DNA of 61,860 nt, the filler included, from a bacterium (lineage in GTDB: Bacteria; JAMORN01), in assembly GCA_027063545.1 (NCBI GenBank). It is 13 parts of 13 records of this genome, joined end to end, with 100 filler letters (N's around TTAATTAATTAA, not from the genome) between each part and the next. Parts side by side here need not be neighbours in the genome. Positions count along the whole stretch, not along the records: positions 1 to 3,574 come from JAMORN010000264.1; positions 3,675 to 7,238 come from JAMORN010000265.1; positions 7,339 to 10,896 come from JAMORN010000266.1; 10 more parts are not named here. One strand, 5' to 3'. The notes beneath the pieces were generated by a model. It was not told the DNA's origin, searched no databases, and saw only the letters and a program-made list of their open reading frames with translations. Below, piece after piece: positions 1 through 8,275 of the stretch (positions within the stretch are counted from its first letter, which is position 1; every line of letters begins with the position of its first letter). The position numbers and the translations under genes were made by a program.

Positions 1-1
1 T

Positions 2-307
2 TATGGAATACCTGAAGGTACTAAATTATATCGAGCCACAGGAAGAACTAAAGATGGTAAAATATGTCAACATTGTGGTGGACTAGGGTATAAAGGTAGA
101 GTAGGTATATTTGAATTAATAGTTCCTGATGAAACTATAAGAACTATGATTATTCAAAGAAAGTCTTCTACAGAAATAAAAAAATATGCTGTTGAAGCTG
201 GAAGGATGAGAACACTAAGACAAAATGGTATAAGAAAAGTTATTCAAGGTATTACATCTTTAGAAGAAGTTCTAAGAGTAACAAAATCTGATAATGATAT
301 AATATAA
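2..307 (+). CDS. GspE/PilB-family secretion or pilus assembly ATPase, C-terminal fragment (5' truncated)
   Basis: Manual translation gives ...CQHCGGLGYKGRVGIFEL...MRTLRQNGIRKVIQGITSLEEVLRVT, the typical PilB/GspE C-terminus. Its stop overlaps the pcrA start (TAATG). Confidence 0.9.
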   Translation, partial: YGIPEGTKLYRATGRTKDGKICQHCGGLGYKGRVGIFELIVPDETIRTMIIQRKSSTEIKKYAVEAGRMRTLRQNGIRKVIQGITSLEEVLRVTKSDNDII

Positions 308-2559
308 TGGCCTATAATAAACTTGATAATAATATTTCTCATCAAATTATTTCATTGTTGAACGAAGCACAACAAGAGGCAGTTTTAGCAAAAGATGGGC
401 CAGTTTTAGTATTGGCTGGTCCAGGAAGTGGAAAAACTAAGGTAATAACTCATAGAGTAGCATATCTAATATCTCAAGGTGTAAATCCTGAAAGAATTCT
501 AGTATTAACTTTTACAAATAATGCTGCCAATGAAATGAAACAAAGAGTTAAAAAGCTTCTAAATAAAGAAGATATAAATATTCCTATGGGTACTATTCAC
601 TCTTTTGGTGCTAAAATTTTAAGAAAAGTTGCCCCTCTTTTTGATAGAAGTAAAAATTTTTCAATATATGATGATGAGGATAGTAAAAATATATTAAAAA
701 GAATTTTAAAAAATGGTTCATTTAATAATATAGATCCTGATTTAAGATTAACTATTTATGCTATTGAGCATATAAAATACAACTACTATGAATTATCTTA
801 TGAAAAGTTATTTAATATAAATGACGATATAATTAACGAAGACTATATAAAAATATATATAGAGTATGAAAATACATTAAAAAATAACAATGCTTTTGAT
901 TTTAATGATTTAATTATAAAACCTCTATATTTATTCAAATTTAATGATAATATAAGAGAAACATTTGAAGAAAAATTTGATTATATACTTATCGATGAAT
1001 TTCAAGATACAGATAAACTTCAGCTTGAATTATTTTTACTTCTTAGAATAAATAATAATAACATATTTGTTGTTGGAGATGAAGACCAATCTATATATGC
1101 TTTTAGACGAGCTCATCCTAAAAATCTATTTTTATTTGTAGAACATTTTAAAAATCAGGTAAAAATTATAGATCTTAAATATAACTATAGATCTCAAGCC
1201 AATATTGTTGAAGTCTCAAAGGCATTAATAGTAAATAATAAAGAAAGATTTGATAAACAACTAATACCTATAAAAGACAAATCTAAAAGTGTCTTCGTAA
1301 TTCAAAATGTATCTGAAAAGGAAGCATGTAATTTTATAATAAAAAAGATAGAAGAAATAAAAAAGAAAAATAATCTTAGATATAGTGATTTTGCTGTGTT
1401 CTATCGTTCAAATAGGATCTCTAGAGTTTTAGAGATGTATTTTAAAGGCATTATTCCTTATCAAATATATGGTAGTATAGAATTTTATAAAAGAAAAGAA
1501 ATTAAGGATATACTTGCATTTCTAAAGATTTTGGTTAATCCATCTGACGATGAAAGTTTTATAAGAGTGCTTACTAATATTTATAATGGAGTTGGAGAAA
1601 AAACATTAGAAAAATTAATATTGACGAAGAATAAATATAAAAGATCTAATCTTAAAGATACTTTATTCTTCACTATTGAAAATAATATTGAGTTTGGTAG
1701 AACAAAAAATTCTCTAAAAAAAATATATGAAAATTTAAACATAATAGAAAAAAAATATAAAGAGCTTTCTTTAAAAGAATTTATTTATTTTTTATATGAT
1801 AATTTAAACTACACAAAAAGAATTATAGATACATACAATAAGATAACAAATCCTTATTATAATAAAGAGGAAAATATAGATAAATATAATGATGAAAAAT
1901 TAATGGATATATATGGAAATATAATAGAATTAAAAAATGACATTCTTTCTTCAAACGTAGAATCCTTAGAAGAGTATCTTCAAATGGTATCACTTCAAAC
2001 AAATAAAGAAAATAAAAATGAAGATAGTGTAAAATTTATGACCCTTCATTTATCTAAAGGACTTGAATTCCATTCAGTATTTATTTTTGGTGTAGAAAAT
2101 GAGGTAATTCCTCATAAATTAGCTTTAGCGGGGAGTAAAGAAAAAGATAATGGTCCGATTGCTGAAGAACGTAGACTTCTCTATGTTGGAATAACAAGAG
2201 CAAAAGAAAATCTATTCTTAATAGTAAGAAATAAAAAAGAAACTTATTGCGAACCCAGTAATAATCAAGAAACTCATGAAATTTCTATGTTTATTAATGA
2301 AATAAAAAATAATTTAAAAGATAAATCTATTTTCATTATTACAGACTTAAATAGTATAGAAAATAAAGATAATGATGATGATAATAATAATAATAATTAT
2401 CCAATAAATGTGGATCAAGATGTTTTTCATAATATATTTGGGAAAGGCAAAATAATAAAAGTATATGGCGATCCATCCTCTCCTACTCTTGAAATCAAAT
2501 TTCAGAGATATGGAATTAAAAAAATAAAGTATAATACAAATAATATTTCTCTTCTTTAA
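307..2559 (+). CDS. pcrA: ATP-dependent DNA helicase PcrA/UvrD
   Basis: Motifs LAGPGSGKT, ILIDEFQD, VVGDEDQSIYAFR, NYRS, MTLHLSKGLEF, EERRLLYVGITRA, plus a C-terminal Tudor-like VFHNIFGKG. Confidence 0.93.
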   Translation: MAYNKLDNNISHQIISLLNEAQQEAVLAKDGPVLVLAGPGSGKTKVITHRVAYLISQGVNPERILVLTFTNNAANEMKQRVKKLLNKEDINIPMGTIHSFGAKILRKVAPLFDRSKNFSIYDDEDSKNILKRILKNGSFNNIDPDLRLTIYAIEHIKYNYYELSYEKLFNINDDIINEDYIKIYIEYENTLKNNNAFDFNDLIIKPLYLFKFNDNIRETFEEKFDYILIDEFQDTDKLQLELFLLLRINNNNIFVVGDEDQSIYAFRRAHPKNLFLFVEHFKNQVKIIDLKYNYRSQANIVEVSKALIVNNKERFDKQLIPIKDKSKSVFVIQNVSEKEACNFIIKKIEEIKKKNNLRYSDFAVFYRSNRISRVLEMYFKGIIPYQIYGSIEFYKRKEIKDILAFLKILVNPSDDESFIRVLTNIYNGVGEKTLEKLILTKNKYKRSNLKDTLFFTIENNIEFGRTKNSLKKIYENLNIIEKKYKELSLKEFIYFLYDNLNYTKRIIDTYNKITNPYYNKEENIDKYNDEKLMDIYGNIIELKNDILSSNVESLEEYLQMVSLQTNKENKNEDSVKFMTLHLSKGLEFHSVFIFGVENEVIPHKLALAGSKEKDNGPIAEERRLLYVGITRAKENLFLIVRNKKETYCEPSNNQETHEISMFINEIKNNLKDKSIFIITDLNSIENKDNDDDNNNNNYPINVDQDVFHNIFGKGKIIKVYGDPSSPTLEIKFQRYGIKKIKYNTNNISLL

Positions 2560-2690
2560 TATCAAAATTAAACATCTATTATTAACTTTTGGAACAAAAA
2601 TTATTTAAAATAGAAGCACTTTTTTAATAACTTTTTATAAAAACAACAATATTACCTTATAACTTATTGTATTAATTTAAATTATAAAAA

Positions 2691-2706
2691 AGGTATATAA
2701 ATTGCC
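2691..2706 (+). promoter_or_regulatory. Candidate sigma54 (-24/-12) promoter upstream of clpB
   Basis: AGGTATATAAATTGCC has GG-N10-GC with TTGC at -12. It is an imperfect match to TGGCAC-N5-TTGC. Confidence 0.3.
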
Positions 2707-2789
2707 ATTTATAATGACCCTACGAGAACAGAAAATAAATAAGGTTCTCTTATAACAAAGAATAAAAACTAAAAAAAAGGAGGATGAAT

Positions 2790-3574
2790 ATGATGGATAA
2801 ATTAACAATAAAGCTACAAGAGGCTTTTCAGACAGCATTAAATAAGGCTATTTCCAATTCCAACCCAGAGTTAGAAGTAGAGCATTTATTTTCTGCAATT
2901 TTGGAAGGTGATAACATTGCAAAACCATTATTCCAAAAATTAGGTGTTAGTATTGACCCTATTAAAAAAGAGGTAGATGATGCGATTAAACTTTTACCTA
3001 AAGTTGCAGGACAAACCTCAGAACCCACTATTTCTTATAAATTAAGAAAAGTTTTAATTGAAGCTGAAAATGAAGCTAAAAATCTAAAAGATGAATATTT
3101 AAGTGTTGAACATATTATTTTAGGAATACTCAAAGAAAGATATAATAAAGTTGCTGAAATATTAGAAAAACACGGGGTTACAGGAAATTCTGTTTATTTA
3201 GCAATTAAAGAATTAAGAAAGGGTGATAGAATTACATCAGAGAACCCTGAAGATACCACAGATGTACTTAAAAAATATTGTATTGACTTGGTTGAAGCAG
3301 CAAAAGAGGATAAAATTGACCCTGTTATAGGAAGAGATGAAGAAATAAGAAGGGTGATACAAATCCTTTCAAGAAGAACAAAAAATAATCCAGTACTTGT
3401 TGGAGACCCAGGGGTTGGTAAAACTGCTATTATAGAAGGACTTGCAAGAAGAATATATGAAGGTGATGTACCAGAAAACCTAAGGGATAAAAGAATATTA
3501 GCACTTGATATGGGAGCTTTGGTTGCAGGTGCTAAATATAGAGGTGAATTTGAAGAGAGGCTGAAAGCAGTCAT
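2790..3574 (+). CDS. clpB: Chaperone ClpB, N-terminal part (3' truncated by contig end)
   Basis: Clp-N repeats, then [36 protein letters not shown] and [16 protein letters not shown]. The AGGAGG RBS favours the ATG at 2790 over 2784. Confidence 0.92.
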
Positions 3575-3674
3575 NNNNNNNNNNNNNNNNNNNNNNNNNN
3601 NNNNNNNNNNNNNNNNNNTTAATTAATTAANNNNNNNNNNNNNNNNNNNNNNNNNNNNNNNNNNNNNNNNNNNN
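3575..3674. other. Artificial contig spacer (44 N + TTAATTAATTAA + 44 N); repeated at 7239, 10897, 30114, 33719, 37298, 40873, 44421, 47956, 51489, 54983 and 58423
   Basis: Identical 100-bp block with stop codons in all six frames. Genes on both sides are truncated. Confidence 0.99.
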
Positions 3675-4109
3675 TTTGGTAAACAATCTTCTTACTCTTC
3701 CTTTATTTTTTGCAGCATTTTTTACCTTTTCAATAATTTCGGCTGAGACTTTATGTATGTCCAATGATATAGTACCTGATGGTTTGGTAATAAAATCGAA
3801 TGCACCTAAATCAAGAAGTTCTAAGGTAATATTTGCTTCCTCTGTAGTCAGAGATGAAATTATAACAACAGGAATTTCAAAACCATCTTGTTTTAATTTT
3901 TCAAGAGCTTCTTTCCCATCCATTACAGGCATATTTATATCTAAAGTTATTACATCAATATTTTCTTTACCAATATATTCAATTTTTTCAAACATATGAG
4001 CGCCATTTCTAGCAGTATCTATAACTTTAATCTCAGGGTCAGATTCTAAAATTTCTGAAATAGCTTTTCTCATAAAAGCAGAGTCGTCAACAACTAATAC
4101 TTTAATCAT
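3675..4109 (-). CDS. cheB: Chemotaxis methylesterase CheB, receiver domain (3' truncated)
   Basis: MIKVLVVDDSAFMRK...DVITLDINMPVMDG...GAFDFITKPSG is CheB-type and lies directly downstream of cheA. Confidence 0.9.
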
Positions 4110-4147
4110 CTTTTTCTCCTTATTATATTCTTATTAAAAAATTTTGT

Positions 4148-6463
4148 TTATAATACATCAATTATATATACAATAGAGCCATCACCTAAAATTGTGATAC
4201 CACTTAATTCTTTGATATCAGATATAGCATCTGGCACAGGTTTAACAACACTATCTATTGTACTTATGACTTTATCAACAACCAATGCTTTTTCTCTATA
4301 GTTATCAATTAAAAGAGTTATATCTTCATTCTCATTTGTATTAGATTTTATTTGAAGAATTTCATTTGTATAAATTACTTCAATAACCTTATCTCTATGA
4401 TGAATAACATTTAAATCATTAAATTTTGTTATTTCATTCTTAGATACCTTTACAATTTCACTTATATTTTCAGCAGGTATACCTATGGATAATTGCCCAA
4501 CTTTGGTTAACAAAATTTTTTGTATAGCAAGAGTTAAAGGTAATACAAGTCTAAATGTTGTTCCTACATTAATTTGGGATTCAACATAAATATTTCCTCC
4601 AAATTCAGTAACAGCAGCTAACACTGCATCGGTTCCTACACCCCGGCCTGATATTTCGGTTGCTTGATCTTTAGTTGAAAATCCAGGTAAAAATATTAGG
4701 TTTATTATTTCTTCCTCGGCCATTTTATCCAGTTCTTCTTTTGTCTTTAATCCCTTTTCCAAAGCTTTTTGTTTAACTTTTTCTGGATCAATCCCACGTC
4801 CATCGTCTGAGACTTCTATAATAACATTTCCAGCATTTTGATAAGATTTTATTTTTAAGGTCCCTTCTTCAGATTTCCCTATTTTTATTCTTTCTTCTGG
4901 AGTTTCAATACCATGATCTATAGCGTTTCTTATTAAATGAATCATTGGTTCACCTATTTTTTCAACAATAACCTTATCTAATTTTGTATCTGCTCCTTCT
5001 ACAACAAATTTCACTTTTTTATTTAATTGTTTGGATAAATCTCTTACTAATTTAGGGAATCTTTCAAAAAGAGTAGTTAAAGGAATCATTCTCATTTCTA
5101 AAATTATATTTTGTAAATTATCTACCAGGCTTTTAAATCTTTGATATTTATCTTTAAGTTCTTTCCCTGCTTCTATATTTTGGTATTCTTTTTGTAATTT
5201 AATAATAAAAAAGTTAAGCCATTCTTTAAAAACAGATACCTCTCCCAAAATATCCATGATGTTTTTTACAACAGACTCTTCTATTTTTAAGTAATTAGAT
5301 TTGGATATATACCTTGATAAATCATGCTTCTTATCTGAAGATTTACTTTTTTTAGGAGAATAAGTCTCTATTATTTGATTTTTATAACTGTTTAAAGAAT
5401 TTGCTATATCACCAAGATAAATTTTTATTTTTTCATTTTCCATATTTAATAGAGCAGTATTTAATTCTTTTATTTTTGAAGATATACTATCTAATTTTAG
5501 TTTTTCACTATAGGATAAAATTGCAATAGCTGACCTTTGAATAAAATCTATTTCTTCATCAGAAAAAGAATCTTTATTTTTTAGTTCATTATACATTGGT
5601 ATATATTGATCGATAATTTTTATAAAACCCTCTATTTCAGGAGGAACATTTTCTAGTTTATTTGATTTTGTAGTAGAAGTAGATTTGGCTTCACCTTTAA
5701 TTAAACTATTTACTAGTTCTTCAATATCACTATCATCAACATCTTCATCAGGATTTTCTTTAAATGTTAAAAGAAGATCGTCAAGTCTATCAATTATTTC
5801 CTGTAGTATATCTAGTTGTTCTTCTGATAATTCTTGATTTTCATCTCTTACTTTTTGAAGAAATCCTTCTGTAGAGTGTGCTAAATTTTTTATAGCTTCT
5901 AAAATTTTATTAGGTCCATAGCTTAATAAAATTCCAGTATTTCCCTTTAATGTATGAAATCCTCTAAACAGTTCGTTAATTAAATTACTATCTATACCTT
6001 CTTCTATTATTTCATTAACAACTTCTGAGAGATGAAGAATAATTTCTTCTGCTTCTTTTTGATAATTATTTAATAAACTAGCAGGTATCTCCTTTTTGGA
6101 TGACTCTTGTTCTTTGGTAGTTTCTTCTTCATAAAGTTCCTTTTTTTCTTCTTTTTTAGATTTTCTTCCTCGTTTCGATTTTTTAGGGGAGTTTTCTTGT
6201 AGTTCTTCAATTTCCACGCCATCTTCTATAATAAATTCCAGTAGTTCTTTTATATCTTTTTTAGAGTGATCTGTTTCAAGTTCAACATCTGCCCAGAATT
6301 TATGATCATCTGTTACTTCTTCTTCAGGATCAGGAATATTTTCTTCTATTATATTAACTTTTACTTTTCCAAATTCCTTTAAATCATCAATATAAAATCT
6401 AGGATCAATAGCTCTTTCAAAAACACTTTTACCTAACCTAAATTTAATAAGAAATTTTGCCAT
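4148..6463 (-). CDS. cheA: Chemotaxis histidine kinase CheA (atypical domain order)
   Basis: Hpt motif LFRGFHTLKG; HATPase motifs HLIRNAIDHGIE, DDGRGID, FLPGFST, SGRGVG; C-terminal CheW-like domain. Confidence 0.95.
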   Translation of the reverse strand: MAKFLIKFRLGKSVFERAIDPRFYIDDLKEFGKVKVNIIEENIPDPEEEVTDDHKFWADVELETDHSKKDIKELLEFIIEDGVEIEELQENSPKKSKRGRKSKKEEKKELYEEETTKEQESSKKEIPASLLNNYQKEAEEIILHLSEVVNEIIEEGIDSNLINELFRGFHTLKGNTGILLSYGPNKILEAIKNLAHSTEGFLQKVRDENQELSEEQLDILQEIIDRLDDLLLTFKENPDEDVDDSDIEELVNSLIKGEAKSTSTTKSNKLENVPPEIEGFIKIIDQYIPMYNELKNKDSFSDEEIDFIQRSAIAILSYSEKLKLDSISSKIKELNTALLNMENEKIKIYLGDIANSLNSYKNQIIETYSPKKSKSSDKKHDLSRYISKSNYLKIEESVVKNIMDILGEVSVFKEWLNFFIIKLQKEYQNIEAGKELKDKYQRFKSLVDNLQNIILEMRMIPLTTLFERFPKLVRDLSKQLNKKVKFVVEGADTKLDKVIVEKIGEPMIHLIRNAIDHGIETPEERIKIGKSEEGTLKIKSYQNAGNVIIEVSDDGRGIDPEKVKQKALEKGLKTKEELDKMAEEEIINLIFLPGFSTKDQATEISGRGVGTDAVLAAVTEFGGNIYVESQINVGTTFRLVLPLTLAIQKILLTKVGQLSIGIPAENISEIVKVSKNEITKFNDLNVIHHRDKVIEVIYTNEILQIKSNTNENEDITLLIDNYREKALVVDKVISTIDSVVKPVPDAISDIKELSGITILGDGSIVYIIDVL

Positions 6464-6497
6464 TATTACCCTCCTATTTAGAGACTTCTAATACAAA

Positions 6498-7238
6498 TTA
6501 AAATAATTCAATATCAGTTGAGGCATCTTCCATTTTTTCCCCAACTTGTTGTGTGTGTTTTGAAAGATCATAATTCATATTTTTAGAAGTAATCTCCGCT
6601 TCTCTAAACACTGTTGCTATAGACTTAAATTCTTCTTCTAATTGTTTTATATTGTTAGATAAAGTTTCTTCATCTATTTCTTCATATATAAAATCAATAA
6701 TTGTATCTATCATTTTTAATGTAACATTGAATTTTTTTGCAATATTTTGCATTCTTTGATTGTCTATATCAATGAATTGTAGTTTTTGAGTAATTTTCCT
6801 TTTTATATCAGATATATTATCTATGAGTTTAGAAGAAAAATCAGATGTAAATTTAATATATTCAATAAAATCACTAGTAAACGTTAAAACATTTTTTTCC
6901 ACTTCTTTTAAATGTTTTTCTTGTTTTTCCATAAACTCTTGTTTAAAATTAAAGAAAAATTTTTGAACTTTTTCTATCAGTTTAGACAAAGAAGCTTCAA
7001 TATCTCTCATATTAACACTTATAGTTTGTCCTAATTCTCTTATATTATTGGAGGCTTCTTTAATATTTTGAGAGATAAGTTCAAAATTTTTAGAAGCAGT
7101 ACCCATTTTTTGAGATTCTATAAAAGCATTTATAGAAATAAGGTCTACTTTTTGAGATATTTTAACAATTTTTAAAATTTCTTTATTTATATCTTTCATC
7201 ATTTTATATATATTCTCTAATTCAGAAAAGAATTCTTC
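6498..7238 (-). CDS. Divergent methyl-accepting chemotaxis-like protein (5' truncated)
   Basis: ISQKVDLISINAFIESQKMG resembles a degenerate MCP hairpin; also LQFIDIDNQR and C-terminal DIELF. The frame is open to the contig edge and lies upstream of cheA. Confidence 0.7.
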   Translation of the reverse strand, partial: EEFFSELENIYKMMKDINKEILKIVKISQKVDLISINAFIESQKMGTASKNFELISQNIKEASNNIRELGQTISVNMRDIEASLSKLIEKVQKFFFNFKQEFMEKQEKHLKEVEKNVLTFTSDFIEYIKFTSDFSSKLIDNISDIKRKITQKLQFIDIDNQRMQNIAKKFNVTLKMIDTIIDFIYEEIDEETLSNNIKQLEEEFKSIATVFREAEITSKNMNYDLSKHTQQVGEKMEDASTDIELF

Positions 7239-7440
7239 NNNNNNNNNNNNNNNNNNNNNNNNNNNNNNNNNNNNNNNNNNNNTTAATTAATTAANNNNNN
7301 NNNNNNNNNNNNNNNNNNNNNNNNNNNNNNNNNNNNNNCAATACTTGGGTTTAATATTATATTAAAGATCTAACATACTAAATTAACATACTAAATTTCT
7401 TCTTATCTAAATTATGTTAAAAAAATTTTTATAAAAAAAA

Positions 7441-7625
7441 AGTCCGTTTTCCCGTGCCCGGATATTTGGTTCCAACCTCCCTTTCTACGTTGGGGACATC
7501 TTCCCTATAGAGGCTGATCTGCCCTCTATGGAGCAGCTCCTGTGCCTACTATAGGGGAATAGTCCCCTCCGTCTATAGTGTTGGAACCCGCTATAATTTT
7601 TTAACGGGCACGAAGAAAACAGACT
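7441..7625 (-). ncRNA. ssrS: 6S RNA
   Basis: About 185-nt GC-rich rod-like hairpin: AGTCTGTTTTCTTCGTGCCCG pairs with CGGGCACGGGAAAACGGACT, with a central bulge and GGTTCCAAC/GTTGGAACC. It sits immediately downstream of zapA (conserved synteny) and is followed by a T-run. Confidence 0.85.
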
Positions 7626-7629
7626 ATTA

Positions 7630-7959
7630 CTATCTTTTTAAAATATCCTCAATTTGACCTATAATACCTTTTATCTTTTCTTTTAGTTCTCTAACTTCAG
7701 GGAAAGATTCTATATCACTATCTTGTATACCTACCTGTTTATAAAGTTCATCTGCTATATTTAAAGCTACTAATATTAATAGCCTCTCCCTGTCATTCTT
7801 TAATACTGGATAAGCTTCCTCTATCATTTTTATTTTATTATTAACATAGTCTACTAAGGTCATTATATACTCGGGAGAGCCTTCTGCTTGTAAAGTTAAT
7901 TTCTTTCCTCCAACTACAATATTCATCTTTGTTTGACCTTTAAAAACTTCGTTTCCCAT
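7630..7959 (-). CDS. zapA: Cell division protein ZapA
   Basis: Contains YIMTLVDYVNNKI...LLILVALNIADEL; pheT-zapB-zapA-6S synteny. Confidence 0.9.
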   Translation of the reverse strand: MGNEVFKGQTKMNIVVGGKKLTLQAEGSPEYIMTLVDYVNNKIKMIEEAYPVLKNDRERLLILVALNIADELYKQVGIQDSDIESFPEVRELKEKIKGIIGQIEDILKR

Positions 7960-8016
7960 AGCCTTTTTTTTATTTAATATAATATTTTTTTTCTTTTTTT
8001 CTAGATGTACACTACC

Positions 8017-8259
8017 TTATTCATTCCTCTCTAAATTATCAATGCTTTCTATTATCCTTTTTATTCGTTCTGTAACACCTGCTTTTATCTCTTCTATAGC
8101 GGATTCCAACCTTTGTTTTTCCTCTCTCAAAGATCTAACTTCCTCTTCTAAATTAGAAATCCTTTCTTTTAAAATATTATTTTCGTTTTTATACTCTATA
8201 TATTTTTCCATTAAAATTTTTAATTTCTTTTCTAAAATATTAAGCTCTTCTAAATTCAT
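8017..8259 (-). CDS. zapB: ZapB-like coiled-coil cell division protein
   Basis: 80-aa coiled coil located between pheT and zapA. Confidence 0.65.
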   Translation of the reverse strand: MNLEELNILEKKLKILMEKYIEYKNENNILKERISNLEEEVRSLREEKQRLESAIEEIKAGVTERIKRIIESIDNLERNE

Positions 8260-8275
8260 AAGTTATAAATCCTTT

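Noticed and set aside
2362-2400. GAT/AAT trinucleotide run (DNDDDNNNNN) in pcrA
   Set aside because: It is a low-complexity linker before the C-terminal domain and stays in frame, so there is no sign of phase variation.
3575-3674. Regularly recurring TTAATTAATTAA flanked by N runs, as a possible repeat or CRISPR-like array
   Set aside because: It is an artificial six-frame-stop contig linker. Gene adjacency across these spacers was not interpreted.
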